IMG/VR virus record: IMGVR_UViG_3300049023_000059
Coordinates: 1-33,692 of that record
Strand: one strand, 5' to 3'
Source: a virus
Lineage: Duplodnaviria > Caudoviricetes
Length of the DNA: 33,692 nt
Shown: one piece after another, positions 15,264 to 24,198 of the stretch
Position numbering within the stretch: position 1 is the stretch's first letter
Layout: the number at the start of each line of letters is the position of its first letter
Notes under the pieces: model-generated
Seen by the model: only the letters and a program-made list of their open reading frames with translations
Database searches by the model: none
Told to the model about the DNA's origin: nothing
Made by a program: the position numbers and the translations under genes

Positions 15264-16828
15264 GCGGCGAGGTCCTGCACGAAGTCGAACTCGAAGTCTG
15301 AGAACCCGCCGGGCACGCACGGAATCTCGGGATCGTTCATCAGGATCATCTTCCCCATGGGTCGACAAACGACGATCGGCGTGTCGTTCGTCAGCGCGCG
15401 CGGCGGTGGGAACGCAAGCTGCAGATAGCCGCCACCCGCGGCGTCCGAATTCAGGTCGGACGCGATCGGGTAAATAACGTTGCTGATCTCGACCAGGTCG
15501 CCGACCTTGAGGAGCCCGGCGGTCGACGCCGGCAGCCCCTTCACGTAGATGCGTTGGCTCGACTGAGTCTGAGCGGCAACCGCAGCGGCGGCCGTCGCGG
15601 TGAGCCGCGAGGGTACCGACGACTGCGAGAGCGAGGCGCGGAAGAGCGACACCGCGTTCGAGCCGTTGCCGAGATAGGAGCCGGTGCCATCCGCCGAGGC
15701 GAGGCTCACCGTGCACCCGATCTGCGTCGCGGCGTTCGTCTTTCTCGCGACCAGGACGCACATGAACCAGGCGTTCCCGAGGTCGACGACAAACGAGCGG
15801 CGGTTGCTCCAGTTCGCGCCGGTCGAGCCATTCGAGCCGACCGCGCCCGTGCTCAGATTGAAGTACTGAGCGACCGAAGTCGCGCCGGTCGCTTCGTCCA
15901 TCGAAAGCGCAATGAAGTTGCGCCCGTTGCTGCGCGCGCAGACCGCGAACGCATAGTCGGCAGCGGCCGAAGAGAGGCCGGTGACGCTCTGCGTCGCGTA
16001 GTGCGAATTGTTGGACGTGTCCTCGGTGAGCACGTCGCCTAGCGAGGTCCCGAAAGGGTCCGCAGCGCTTCCCGTCACGCTCGATCGCGTCTTCGTCCAC
16101 GACGCATTGTCGATCGCGTCGCTGCGCAGCAGCAGGTTCGCGCCGCCGTCCACGAGGAAGCAGCGCGAAGCCGAGATGAAGGGAATCTCGATGAAGTCAC
16201 CCGCGGTCATGCCGCTCGCCGATGCATCGTATAGCCCGCAGTTGTTGCCGCTCGCGTTCACGACGGGCGCGTCGATGCCGTAGCCGGCGGCATTCGAGAA
16301 AGCGGACCAGGCGAGGCTGTCGATGTAGCGATAGACCTGCGAACTCGCCCACGCGCCGCGGCCAGGGGCGACGAGCGCGCGGATCGCGTGCGGGGCGTAC
16401 TGAGTCGTCGAGATCACTTGGCCCGCGATCACGCCAGCCGCGGCGTTTCCATTCGCGACCGTCGCACGGAGCACTCCGTCCGAGGCCGTGAGCGTGTACC
16501 TGCTGCCCGGCGTCCATCCGGAAGTGTTCGAAAACTCGTAATTTGAAAGCAGCTCGGGCGCGGGAAAGGATCCTGCGCGCGTGAACGAGTAGTCGGGCAG
16601 AAACAGGCGGTTTCCCCGCCCGCGCAGCACGTGAACCAGGGAGCGCAGCTTGCGCCGTTCCGCGCCGCTCGAGTTGTTGACCCGCACGCGGCACGCCATC
16701 TTGTCGCCGGGCCGAGCCGAGGTCTGAGCGCCGCCGCCGAACGTCTCCGGCGTGTACTCGGTGTTTGAGACCGGGCGCCACTCGCACGAGGAAATGCGAA
16801 CGCCGTTCGGCCAGACGAAATCCGTCAT
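15260..16828 (-). CDS. distal tail protein with inserted carbohydrate-binding-like modules
   Basis: Directly after the TMP; Dit-like N-terminus (TFGGGAQTSARPG, LRGRGNRLFLPD) and C-terminus (LLKVGDLVEI, L.FPPPR); internal ELLSNYEF and NLLLRSD..DNASWTK modules. Confidence 0.7.
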   Translation of the reverse strand: MTDFVWPNGVRISSCEWRPVSNTEYTPETFGGGAQTSARPGDKMACRVRVNNSSGAERRKLRSLVHVLRGRGNRLFLPDYSFTRAGSFPAPELLSNYEFSNTSGWTPGSRYTLTASDGVLRATVANGNAAAGVIAGQVISTTQYAPHAIRALVAPGRGAWASSQVYRYIDSLAWSAFSNAAGYGIDAPVVNASGNNCGLYDASASGMTAGDFIEIPFISASRCFLVDGGANLLLRSDAIDNASWTKTRSSVTGSAADPFGTSLGDVLTEDTSNNSHYATQSVTGLSSAAADYAFAVCARSNGRNFIALSMDEATGATSVAQYFNLSTGAVGSNGSTGANWSNRRSFVVDLGNAWFMCVLVARKTNAATQIGCTVSLASADGTGSYLGNGSNAVSLFRASLSQSSVPSRLTATAAAAVAAQTQSSQRIYVKGLPASTAGLLKVGDLVEISNVIYPIASDLNSDAAGGGYLQLAFPPPRALTNDTPIVVCRPMGKMILMNDPEIPCVPGGFSDFEFDFVQDLAA

Positions 16829-18567
16829 GCGCCCGCCAGCAGCCCCGAGCGCGCGAGGTCATCCATCAGGCGCCGATTGTTCTCGGCGAGGATCGATGGC
16901 AGGCGCGCGGTGTTGTCGGGGTTGTTGATGTGGTAGGTCGGCGCGATGGTCACCGGGCCGCCGCCGAGCCGGTTGTTCGGGACGATGCTCCCGTTCGTGT
17001 TCGGGCGGAAGAGCTCCATGCCACGCTCACCGACCAGGTACGTGCGCCCTGCGGACACGGGGCCGCCGCCCGCCTTGCCGTCGATTGACTCGCCACTGAA
17101 CAGCGAGCTCAAGAAATTTCCAGCCGCGCTCAGGAATCCCGACTTGCCATTGCTCGCCGAGGCCGGCGCTTTGGGCGTGAACGCATTGTCGAGCAGCTTC
17201 ACGAGGCCGGCGCGCGCGGTCTGCAGCGCAAGGTACTTCAACATTTCCGACCACTTGATCTTCGTGCCGTTCACCATGTCGTCGAACGCCGCAAGTACGG
17301 TGTCTTTGAAGAACGCCGCAGTCTGCATCGCGTTGCGGTCGCGCAGCGCCTGCGCTTCCTTCTCGCGATCGAGGTATGCCTCGTAGAATTCGTTTGCCGC
17401 GTCTTGCCGATCCATCCAGCGCTGCAGATCCTTCTCAAGCAGCGCGTCGGACTCGCGGTCGACGTCGGCATTCATGTCGCGCACGGCGTCGCGATATCCG
17501 CCGAGGAACTTCTCCATTTCCTTTGCCTGATCAGCGGCCGCCTTCTTCGCCGCCTCGGCCGCCTTTGCGGCACCGTCGGCAGCGGCGAATCCGGGGACGC
17601 TCGCGGGGCGGCCGCGACCGCCGAGGTTGTATTTCGACCCCTCGATCAAATCGAGCTGCGCCTGCAGCTTCTGCAGCAGAGCCGCGCCTTCCTCGGCGGA
17701 AAAAATGCCGGTACCGATGTCTTTGTACGCGCCGGCCGAGCCAAGAGGATTCGCGGCGACGAAGCCGCGGCCCTTCACCTTTTCGAGAAAGGCGATCTGC
17801 TGCCGGAGCTCTGCGGCTCGCGTGCCCGCGAGCGCATCGAACACGGTCGTCAGCGCTGGCGCGACCTTGGCGGTAAACGTGGTCGCGAGCGCATCCCACG
17901 ACGCGCCGATTCGCTTACCCGCGTCGTCCAGGTCGCTCAGCCGCTTCATCGTCTCGTCACTCAGCGATGCGCCGAGCTTCTCCGCTTCCTGGCGCGCCTT
18001 TGCGATGCCGGTCGCGCCCTGTTCGAAGAACGGCAGCAGATCGGCGCCCGCCTTGCCGAAGAGCTCAGTCGCAGCGCGGGCGCGGTCCGCAGGATCCTTG
18101 AGGCGCGAGATTCGGTCGCCGATGAGTTCGAATTGATCCTCGGGCTTCAGGCGCTGGAGCTGCTGAAGCGAGAGACCGAGCGCATCGAGCGCCCCCTTCG
18201 CCTGCTTGTTGCCGGTCGCCGCCTCGGACAGTGCGACCTGCATCTTCTTGAGCGCGGTCGAAAGAGACGCGATGTCGACGTCGGCGAGCTTCGCCGCGTA
18301 GGCGAGCTCCGAGATCGCCTTGCCGCCGATGCCCGCTTTGATCGCAGCGCGGTTCAGGTCGTCGCCGAACTTGACCGCATTCTTCGCGGCGCCGATCAGG
18401 AACGTCCCGATCAGGCCGCCACCGACGCCAGCCGTCGCGAACGAGAAAGCCTTCTTGAGCTGCGCGGCGCCGCGCTCAGCGATGCCGACCGCCTTGCCCA
18501 TGTCGCCCTGCAGGCGCGCGGTATTGGCGGCGAGCTCTATGACGAGTTGGCCGAGCTTGAATGCCAC
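16825..18567 (-). CDS. tail tape measure protein
   Basis: LGQLVIELAANTARLQ, long Ala-rich helices, AATELFGKAGADLLP, C-terminal AGGGPVSAGRTYLVGERGMELF. Confidence 0.92.
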   Translation of the reverse strand: MAFKLGQLVIELAANTARLQGDMGKAVGIAERGAAQLKKAFSFATAGVGGGLIGTFLIGAAKNAVKFGDDLNRAAIKAGIGGKAISELAYAAKLADVDIASLSTALKKMQVALSEAATGNKQAKGALDALGLSLQQLQRLKPEDQFELIGDRISRLKDPADRARAATELFGKAGADLLPFFEQGATGIAKARQEAEKLGASLSDETMKRLSDLDDAGKRIGASWDALATTFTAKVAPALTTVFDALAGTRAAELRQQIAFLEKVKGRGFVAANPLGSAGAYKDIGTGIFSAEEGAALLQKLQAQLDLIEGSKYNLGGRGRPASVPGFAAADGAAKAAEAAKKAAADQAKEMEKFLGGYRDAVRDMNADVDRESDALLEKDLQRWMDRQDAANEFYEAYLDREKEAQALRDRNAMQTAAFFKDTVLAAFDDMVNGTKIKWSEMLKYLALQTARAGLVKLLDNAFTPKAPASASNGKSGFLSAAGNFLSSLFSGESIDGKAGGGPVSAGRTYLVGERGMELFRPNTNGSIVPNNRLGGGPVTIAPTYHINNPDNTARLPSILAENNRRLMDDLARSGLLAGA

Positions 18568-18570
18568 GCG

Positions 18571-18804
18571 TTACCCCTTGAGGTGTCCCAGCGCCGCGTG
18601 TACCGCGGCCATCATTTCTTCCGGCGTCTGCTGCCGCGTCGGTGCCGCGGGCCGCGGCGGCGAGGAAGGCGGAGGCTTGTTGATCTCGGAGAGCATCCCG
18701 AGGTACTGGCGAATCGTCGCCATGTCGTACCGCTCGAGCGTGTCGACCCCGATGTGAAGGCGGACCGAAAGACCGATGAGAACCCGGCGCAGAGGCCGGG
18801 CCAT
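18571..18804 (-). CDS. tail assembly chaperone T portion (reached by -1 frameshift)
   Basis: In the -1 frame relative to the upstream chaperone, directly before the TMP. Confidence 0.7.
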   Translation of the reverse strand: MARPLRRVLIGLSVRLHIGVDTLERYDMATIRQYLGMLSEINKPPPSSPPRPAAPTRQQTPEEMMAAVHAALGHLKG

Positions 18805-19124
18805 CAGTTTTTTAGTTCTTCCTCGATCGCCTCGTCGTTCAACTCGTTGAACGCGGTGCCGCTCTTGACGAGCTTCGTCACGACGCCGGGGCGTTCCGAC
18901 TTCATGAACTCGATCGCCGCGGCACGGTCCGCGAACTTCGGCGTCCCATCCTGGTTGCAGACGAGCGCGACCAGCTGCTCCGCGACGAGTTCGTGCGACT
19001 GCTCGAGCTTCGACAACGCCGAATGCAGCTGAATCGCCTCCAGCGAATTGAGCGCGCGGACATGCAGCACGAGGTCGGGGCGCGTCTTGAACTCGACTCG
19101 CTTCGTTTCGCGAGCCTCACTCAT
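18804..19124 (-). CDS. tail assembly chaperone (gpG-like)
   Basis: Between tail tube and TMP; LVCNQDGTPKF, ends EEELKN. Confidence 0.85.
   Translation of the reverse strand: MSEARETKRVEFKTRPDLVLHVRALNSLEAIQLHSALSKLEQSHELVAEQLVALVCNQDGTPKFADRAAAIEFMKSERPGVVTKLVKSGTAFNELNDEAIEEELKN
18807..18813 (-). other. programmed -1 ribosomal frameshift site A AAA AAC
   Basis: CTA AAA AAC TGA at the end of the G-like ORF; a -1 shift reads on into LMARPLRRV. Confidence 0.8.
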
Positions 19125-19762
19125 ACGAAGAAGCTCGGCGCGTTGCTGACCCGGATGCTGCCGGATGCGAGCAGCACGCCGTCGACGCCGATCTCGCTGA
19201 TGCCCAGGGACTTCACGAGCCCCATGAGCGCGAGCACCTGGCCGGTCGGCATCGTGACCGAGAACGCCTCGAGCGCGCCGCTTTCGCGCAGCGCCTTCAT
19301 GCGCGACTGGCCCGTATCGGCCGAGGTCGGGATATAGATCTGGTACGCGAGGTTCCCGCTGTCCGCGAGGCCGAGCAGAAACTCTTTCTGCACCGACAGC
19401 AGGTTCGTCGTTTCGAGCTCGGCCGCCTCGCCATCGAGACCCGGACCTGCCGCCTTCGTCTCGCCGACGGTCGTCATGGTCTTCTTCGCCGCGGTGCCGC
19501 CCGACACATAGGTCGAGTAACCCGAGCCGTCGATGCCCTTCAGCTCGAAGGTATTCGTCGCCTGGTTCGCGACGACGAAAAGGCGCTTGTTCACCTGCGT
19601 CATGCCGACCACGCCGTCGATGTAGACGAGGTCGCCGTTCGCGTAGCCGTGCGCGGCGGAAGTGACCTGCGGCGGATTGGCGGCGGTGATCGCGGTGATC
19701 GTCTTCGTCGCGGCGGTCGCCGTACCGACGGCGAAAATCGCGCCTTGTGTCTTCTGGGCCAT
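19121..19762 (-). CDS. major tail tube protein
   Basis: AGGAG RBS; TQGAIFAV, KTITAITAANPPQVTSAAHG, TFELKGID, ETTNL...KEFLLGLADSG. Confidence 0.88.
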   Translation of the reverse strand: MAQKTQGAIFAVGTATAATKTITAITAANPPQVTSAAHGYANGDLVYIDGVVGMTQVNKRLFVVANQATNTFELKGIDGSGYSTYVSGGTAAKKTMTTVGETKAAGPGLDGEAAELETTNLLSVQKEFLLGLADSGNLAYQIYIPTSADTGQSRMKALRESGALEAFSVTMPTGQVLALMGLVKSLGISEIGVDGVLLASGSIRVSNAPSFFV

Positions 19763-19774
19763 GTTCGGTCACTC

Positions 19775-20140
19775 CTACGAAAATACGTTCCAGGTCTGCG
19801 AGATTTGAAAGAGCTCGGGATCGGTCTCCGGCTCGTTCCGTTCGATTTGGGACTGCAGCGTCATGCGAGAGGCGTCCGCCTCGAGCGCTGCGCGCACCGC
19901 GGTCGCGATCGTCAGCGCGTTCGTGTAGTCGGCCGCGTAGATGTCGATCTGCACCGCGCTCAGGTCGAGGCCCGCGTTCCCACGCAAGTGCGTGAACGGC
20001 ACGCGCGTGATGTCGGTCAGCGTGATCGCAGGGATCGCGAACGACTGCGTTCGACGCAGCGCTTCGATGCGGGCAGCGGGCACGAGCGCGGTCACCGAAC
20101 CGGCGGCAGCGAGCACGGCGCGGACGGTCGCGACAGTCAT
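19775..20140 (-). CDS. tail terminator (DUF3168-like)
   Basis: VTALVPAARI, PAIT, VQIDIYA..Y..A..IATAVRAALE. Confidence 0.85.
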   Translation of the reverse strand: MTVATVRAVLAAAGSVTALVPAARIEALRRTQSFAIPAITLTDITRVPFTHLRGNAGLDLSAVQIDIYAADYTNALTIATAVRAALEADASRMTLQSQIERNEPETDPELFQISQTWNVFS

Positions 20141-20688
20141 CAGAACCCCGTGATGTATTTGCGCAGGCGGCGCTGTGAGCGCTGGAAGGCCTTGCGCGCG
20201 GTCTTCTCGATCGCGGGCAGTAGCGCGTCTCTGTACAGCTCGATCGCGCGGTTCGCGTTCTCTTCGAAAGCGGGGCGCAGGAACGGGCGCGCGGGCACCG
20301 CCTTGACGACCTTGCCGAAGAAACCCTTGACCGGCGTGCCGAGCGAACCCTTGGCGCGGCTGATCGAGGCGCGGCCGAATTCGATGAACCGCCAGTACCA
20401 GGCGCGGCCCTTCACGCCGATGAGGCGTGACTCGAATGTCTTCGTACTCTCCCGGTTTCGGAACGAGTAGATCGATGCTCGGAGGCGCCCCTTTGTTTTC
20501 TCGGGGCGCATCGGACCCATGAAGCCGCGCGGCTTGCGCGTCGGCGCCTTCTGCTGCGCGGCGCGCACGATGGGGCGCGCGGCCTTCGTGAGCGCGATCT
20601 GTGAGGCCTTGCCCTGCAGCGCCTCGGGCAGCGTCTTCAGCGCCTCGCGAAGCTCGGTGAGGCCCGAGACCTCGATCCGGTCAGCCAT
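20140..20688 (-). CDS. HK97 gp10-like tail completion protein
   Basis: VSGLTELREALKTLP, GRLRASI, AWYWRFIEFG, PARPFLRPAFE. Confidence 0.92.
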   Translation of the reverse strand: MADRIEVSGLTELREALKTLPEALQGKASQIALTKAARPIVRAAQQKAPTRKPRGFMGPMRPEKTKGRLRASIYSFRNRESTKTFESRLIGVKGRAWYWRFIEFGRASISRAKGSLGTPVKGFFGKVVKAVPARPFLRPAFEENANRAIELYRDALLPAIEKTARKAFQRSQRRLRKYITGF

Positions 20689-20784
20689 TCACTCGTGCTT
20701 CCAATAGAGCAGGCGACCGAGAATGATTCCCCCGGTGACGAATCCGAGCGTCCAGCCAAGTAAAAGCAGCACAACCGGCGTCAT
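20689..20784 (-). CDS. 31 aa single-TM peptide
   Basis: MTPVVLLLLGWTLGFVTGGIILGRLLYWKHE; ATGA overlap upstream and abuts the downstream ATG. Confidence 0.55.
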   Translation of the reverse strand: MTPVVLLLLGWTLGFVTGGIILGRLLYWKHE

Positions 20785-21101
20785 GTGCGGACTGCGGTCG
20801 CGAAGAGCATCAGCCCCTCGCGTCGCCCGAGCTCCTGAATGTGCGTGATGTCGTGGTTCAGGCCATCGAGCGTGATGCGGTCCGTGGCGAGCACGTCGGA
20901 TCGGTATCGGATCCTGAAGCGCACCGCGAGCTCGGCCTGCTCTTGGTTGCCCGCGAAGAACTCGCGGCCGCCGGCGTCGATCTTCTCGGCCCACACCGTC
21001 GCGTAGTCGGTGAAGCTCTGAACCGCCGAGCCGTTCGCGTCGGGCGCGGCCACGGCGCGACGAAGGAGTGTGATCCGCCGGTCGAGGCGGCCGGCGCGCA
21101 T
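20781..21101 (-). CDS. head closure / head-tail adaptor (SPP1 gp16-like)
   Basis: MRAGRLDRRITL, ATVWAE, GREFF, FRIRYRSDV. Confidence 0.92.
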   Translation of the reverse strand: MRAGRLDRRITLLRRAVAAPDANGSAVQSFTDYATVWAEKIDAGGREFFAGNQEQAELAVRFRIRYRSDVLATDRITLDGLNHDITHIQELGRREGLMLFATAVRT

Positions 21102-21102
21102 G

Positions 21103-21741
21103 TCAGCCGCCGAGCGCTTCGGGTGAGCCGCCGACCACGTAATCGGACAGCAGCGCGGCGACGCTCATCGGGATCGGAGTCACGATGTTCCCCACGTTGA
21201 CCGGCTCGCGGTTCTCGAAGTAGTGCGCGGCGAGCAGCGTGATCGCGTGGCGAATCGGCTGCGGGACATCGCCCGGGTTCGTGCCGAAGCCTGCGACGAA
21301 GCGCACCGTGATCGCCTCGAGCTGCCACCGCACCGAGGGCCAGCTCACCCCGAACGCGGGCACGATGACGCCGCGAGTGTTGTGCAGACCGGTGCGCAGG
21401 ACGCGGTATTGATTCGACGCCAGGGTCTGCGTGCTGCCCGACGTGTCGACGTAGGTGATCGACGCGACCGAGATCAGCGGGGCGAGCGGGACTTCGATTC
21501 GCAGCTCGGCACACAGTGACTTTGGGTCGACGACCTTAGGCCACGTGTTGTCGATCAGCAGGTCCCACGTCTGACTCATCATGGCGAGCGAGCACGCCCG
21601 TTCGACAGACTCGCGCGCCGTGATGAGGTACGCAGCGACGTCGGCATCATCAGCGGATGAATCGATCCGGCTGTGCGACTTTGCTTCGGCCAGCGTCACC
21701 GGCTCGAGAGTCGGGCCGGTGACGCGGCGATGGTTCGGCAC
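21103..21741 (-). CDS. head-tail connector (gp6 / phiE125 gp8-like)
   Basis: EPVTLAEAKSHSRID, ITAARESVE, VRFVAGFG, VPQPIRHAITLLAAHYFENRE. Confidence 0.92.
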   Translation of the reverse strand: MPNHRRVTGPTLEPVTLAEAKSHSRIDSSADDADVAAYLITARESVERACSLAMMSQTWDLLIDNTWPKVVDPKSLCAELRIEVPLAPLISVASITYVDTSGSTQTLASNQYRVLRTGLHNTRGVIVPAFGVSWPSVRWQLEAITVRFVAGFGTNPGDVPQPIRHAITLLAAHYFENREPVNVGNIVTPIPMSVAALLSDYVVGGSPEALGG

Positions 21742-21750
21742 GGCGGCGAG

Positions 21751-21984
21751 TTAGGCCTTCGCCTTCTCGGCTTCTGGCTCCGCCGCCTTCGGCGCCTCGA
21801 GCGTGATCGCCTTGCGCTCGAGATCCTTCTCGACGTACGCGACGGATGCCGGCGTGTCGTCGAGCGCGCCGGCGGCCTTGTAGGTCGCGCCGAGCTTCTC
21901 GTCGATCGACACGACGTTGTCCGGCTTCACATCGACGCCGTGGATGGTCACGTCACGCAGGACGCGATACTTCTTGTTGGCCAT
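21751..21984 (-). CDS. small protein downstream of the capsid gene
   Basis: AAGGA RBS; MANKKYRVLRDVTIHG; usual post-capsid position. Confidence 0.7.
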   Translation of the reverse strand: MANKKYRVLRDVTIHGVDVKPDNVVSIDEKLGATYKAAGALDDTPASVAYVEKDLERKAITLEAPKAAEPEAEKAKA

Positions 21985-22049
21985 TTCGGAGTGTCCTTGT
22001 TGGGTTCGTTTCCCCAATGGATGGTCAGCGGCGCCATCGATTGGGGAAA

Positions 22050-22071
22050 CGCCCGCCAGAGCGGCGGGCGC
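22050..22071 (-). terminator. hairpin after the major capsid gene (probable terminator)
   Basis: GCCCGCC/GGCGGGC stem followed on the minus strand by GTTTCCCC. Confidence 0.5.
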
Positions 22072-22087
22072 TTCGAATCGCGACGGA

Positions 22088-23374
22088 TCAGGTCGCGCTG
22101 TTGACGTAGAGCTTCACCGCGCCAGTGTCGACCAGGTTGCCGCCCGAGCGCTGCCAGGCGAGGAACCCGACCTGGCCGAGCTTCGCGTACGCCGAGTCCG
22201 TGAAGCGGAAGAGCGTGAGGCCCATCGCGTCGCGGATCTTGTAGTACGAGAAGTCGCCGAATGCGATCGACTTCGCGTTCGCCGCCATCGCGGCGACGTC
22301 GTTGTTGATCTGCACCGGATAGCCGAGGATCGTGTCCGGCGACGCCTTGCCGAGACCGTCCCAGCCTGGAATGAAGATCGGGCGACCTGCGGTGTCCTTC
22401 AGCTTGTTCACGATCGCCATCGAGGCATCGCGCATCATGAACTTGCACTGACCGCCCTGCCGGTACGCGACATCCACTGAGCGGATCAGGTCGACGAGGT
22501 CGTCGAAGATCACCGTCAGCGTCTGGCCCGTGGTGCCCGTCTTGCCGGTCGAGGCGCCCGTGATCAAGCCGCGCGGCTGGCCGGAGCCCGTGCCCGTCGT
22601 GAAGTGCTGGTTCGTGATACGACCGATGCGCTGCGCGATGCGACGGCGGACGAGGCCTTCCATGTCGATCGTCGTGTCCTGCAGCAACTCGAAGGGGATC
22701 GCGATGATCTTCGACGAGTACTTGAACGTGTTGAGGCTGACCGTGCCGAACACGATGTCGGCGCCCGTGGCGGTGGTGTTTTCCGCGATGAGCTCTCCGA
22801 CTTCCGCCGTGCCGTCCGAGGTCGGATAGCTGAGCGGGTTGCCGGTCTCCGTCTTGAAGACCTCGGCGACCTGGCGCATGCCGCTGAAGTCTTTCAGCGA
22901 ATCGATCAGCTCGCTCGAGATCAGCGACGGGACCGTGTAGCCGCCTTCCGTGGTCGTCGTGGTCGACATCGTGTTGCGGATGTGCGCGGCAAGCGCCATC
23001 TGCAGATCGGCCGGCAGGTGGCCGCGGATCCACGCAGCATTCACCGCGCGCACCGCCTTCGCCGCCTCGTCCTTCGGCTTGCGCTTGTTCCAGTTCGCGA
23101 GGATTGCGGACTGATCGAACTGCCCGAGGCCGCCCTCGTTCTCCTCGATGGAGATCGACCGCGTCGCATCGTTGAACTTCGATTCGGCGTCGGCGTCGAG
23201 CACGCGCTGCGTGCGCTTGATCTCGGCATCGACGCGATCGAGCTCGGCGATGTCCGCATCGTACTTCGTTTGCTGCTCCGCGCCCCATAGCGCGCCGGGG
23301 TGCTTGTCGAGCAAGTCGCGGACGCGCTTCGCAACGGTGTCGCGCTGCTCCCGCAGAGTCTTCATGTTCAACAT
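22088..23374 (-). CDS. major capsid protein, HK97 fold
   Basis: AGGAGG RBS; delta-domain coiled coil; EGGYTVP, ELLQD, GTGSGQPRGL, KLKDTAGRPIF, TILGYPV, IAFGDFSYY. Confidence 0.96.
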   Translation of the reverse strand: MLNMKTLREQRDTVAKRVRDLLDKHPGALWGAEQQTKYDADIAELDRVDAEIKRTQRVLDADAESKFNDATRSISIEENEGGLGQFDQSAILANWNKRKPKDEAAKAVRAVNAAWIRGHLPADLQMALAAHIRNTMSTTTTTEGGYTVPSLISSELIDSLKDFSGMRQVAEVFKTETGNPLSYPTSDGTAEVGELIAENTTATGADIVFGTVSLNTFKYSSKIIAIPFELLQDTTIDMEGLVRRRIAQRIGRITNQHFTTGTGSGQPRGLITGASTGKTGTTGQTLTVIFDDLVDLIRSVDVAYRQGGQCKFMMRDASMAIVNKLKDTAGRPIFIPGWDGLGKASPDTILGYPVQINNDVAAMAANAKSIAFGDFSYYKIRDAMGLTLFRFTDSAYAKLGQVGFLAWQRSGGNLVDTGAVKLYVNSAT

Positions 23375-23407
23375 GATTGCTGCCTCCTAAGGCATTTCCA
23401 AAATGAA

Positions 23408-23430
23408 ACGGCCGCCGAAATGGCGGCCGT
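23408..23430 (-). terminator. hairpin between protease and capsid genes
   Basis: Perfect 9 bp stem ACGGCCGCC/GGCGGCCGT followed on the minus strand by TTCATTTT. Confidence 0.5.
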
Positions 23431-23451
23431 GGTATCGCTTTGCGGGAGCCG

Positions 23452-24198
23452 CTAGGCGAACTGGCGCTCGCGAATTCGGAAGCCGCGCACACGCTGCGCG
23501 TGCTCGCTTTCCGCCTTCGTCTTCGCCGCGGCGACGTTCGCCGGGCGTTCGAGCAAATCCTTCGGGGCGTGCGCGAATGCGGACACGTCCCAGGTGGTCT
23601 GATCCTTCGGCGCATCGGGCGCGAGGCGGTCTGCGAAACCATGCTCGACCGCCTCGTCAGCGGTGAACCACGTTTCGGCGTTGATCCACGCGCGCAGCTG
23701 TTCCTCACCAGACTTGGTTTCGCGCACGTATTCTGCGACGAGCTCGTCGTCAATCTTCTCGAGCACGCCCGCCGTCGTCTTCAGGTCCTCGGCGTTGCCC
23801 ATCGCGAACGACCAGGACCGATGAATCATGAAGAACGCGCCGCGCGCGATCTCGACCTCGTCGCCGGCGAGCGCGATCCAGGACGCGCAGGACGCCGCCA
23901 GGCCGTCGACGTGCGCGATGACTTTCGCCTTGTGCTCGCGCAGCGCGGTCGCCATGGCGCGCGCTTCGAACACGTCGCCGCCTGGCGAGTTGATGCGCAG
24001 GTGAATCGTCGAGGCGTCGATCGCAGCGAGGTCCTTGCAGAACTGCTGCGCACCGATGCCCCAATACGGATCGATCACGTCGTACAGGTAGACGGTCGCC
24101 TCGGCATCCTGGCCGTCCGCCTTGTTGACAACGATGCGATTCGACCGCGTGACGCCGCGGTTCGCGGCGAGCAGCTGATACAGGCGGTTGGTCTTCAT
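23452..24198 (-). CDS. ClpP-type prohead maturation protease
   Basis: LRINSPGGDVF, VDGLAASCASWIA, FMIH, ETWFTADEAVEHGFAD. Confidence 0.95.
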   Translation of the reverse strand: MKTNRLYQLLAANRGVTRSNRIVVNKADGQDAEATVYLYDVIDPYWGIGAQQFCKDLAAIDASTIHLRINSPGGDVFEARAMATALREHKAKVIAHVDGLAASCASWIALAGDEVEIARGAFFMIHRSWSFAMGNAEDLKTTAGVLEKIDDELVAEYVRETKSGEEQLRAWINAETWFTADEAVEHGFADRLAPDAPKDQTTWDVSAFAHAPKDLLERPANVAAAKTKAESEHAQRVRGFRIRERQFA

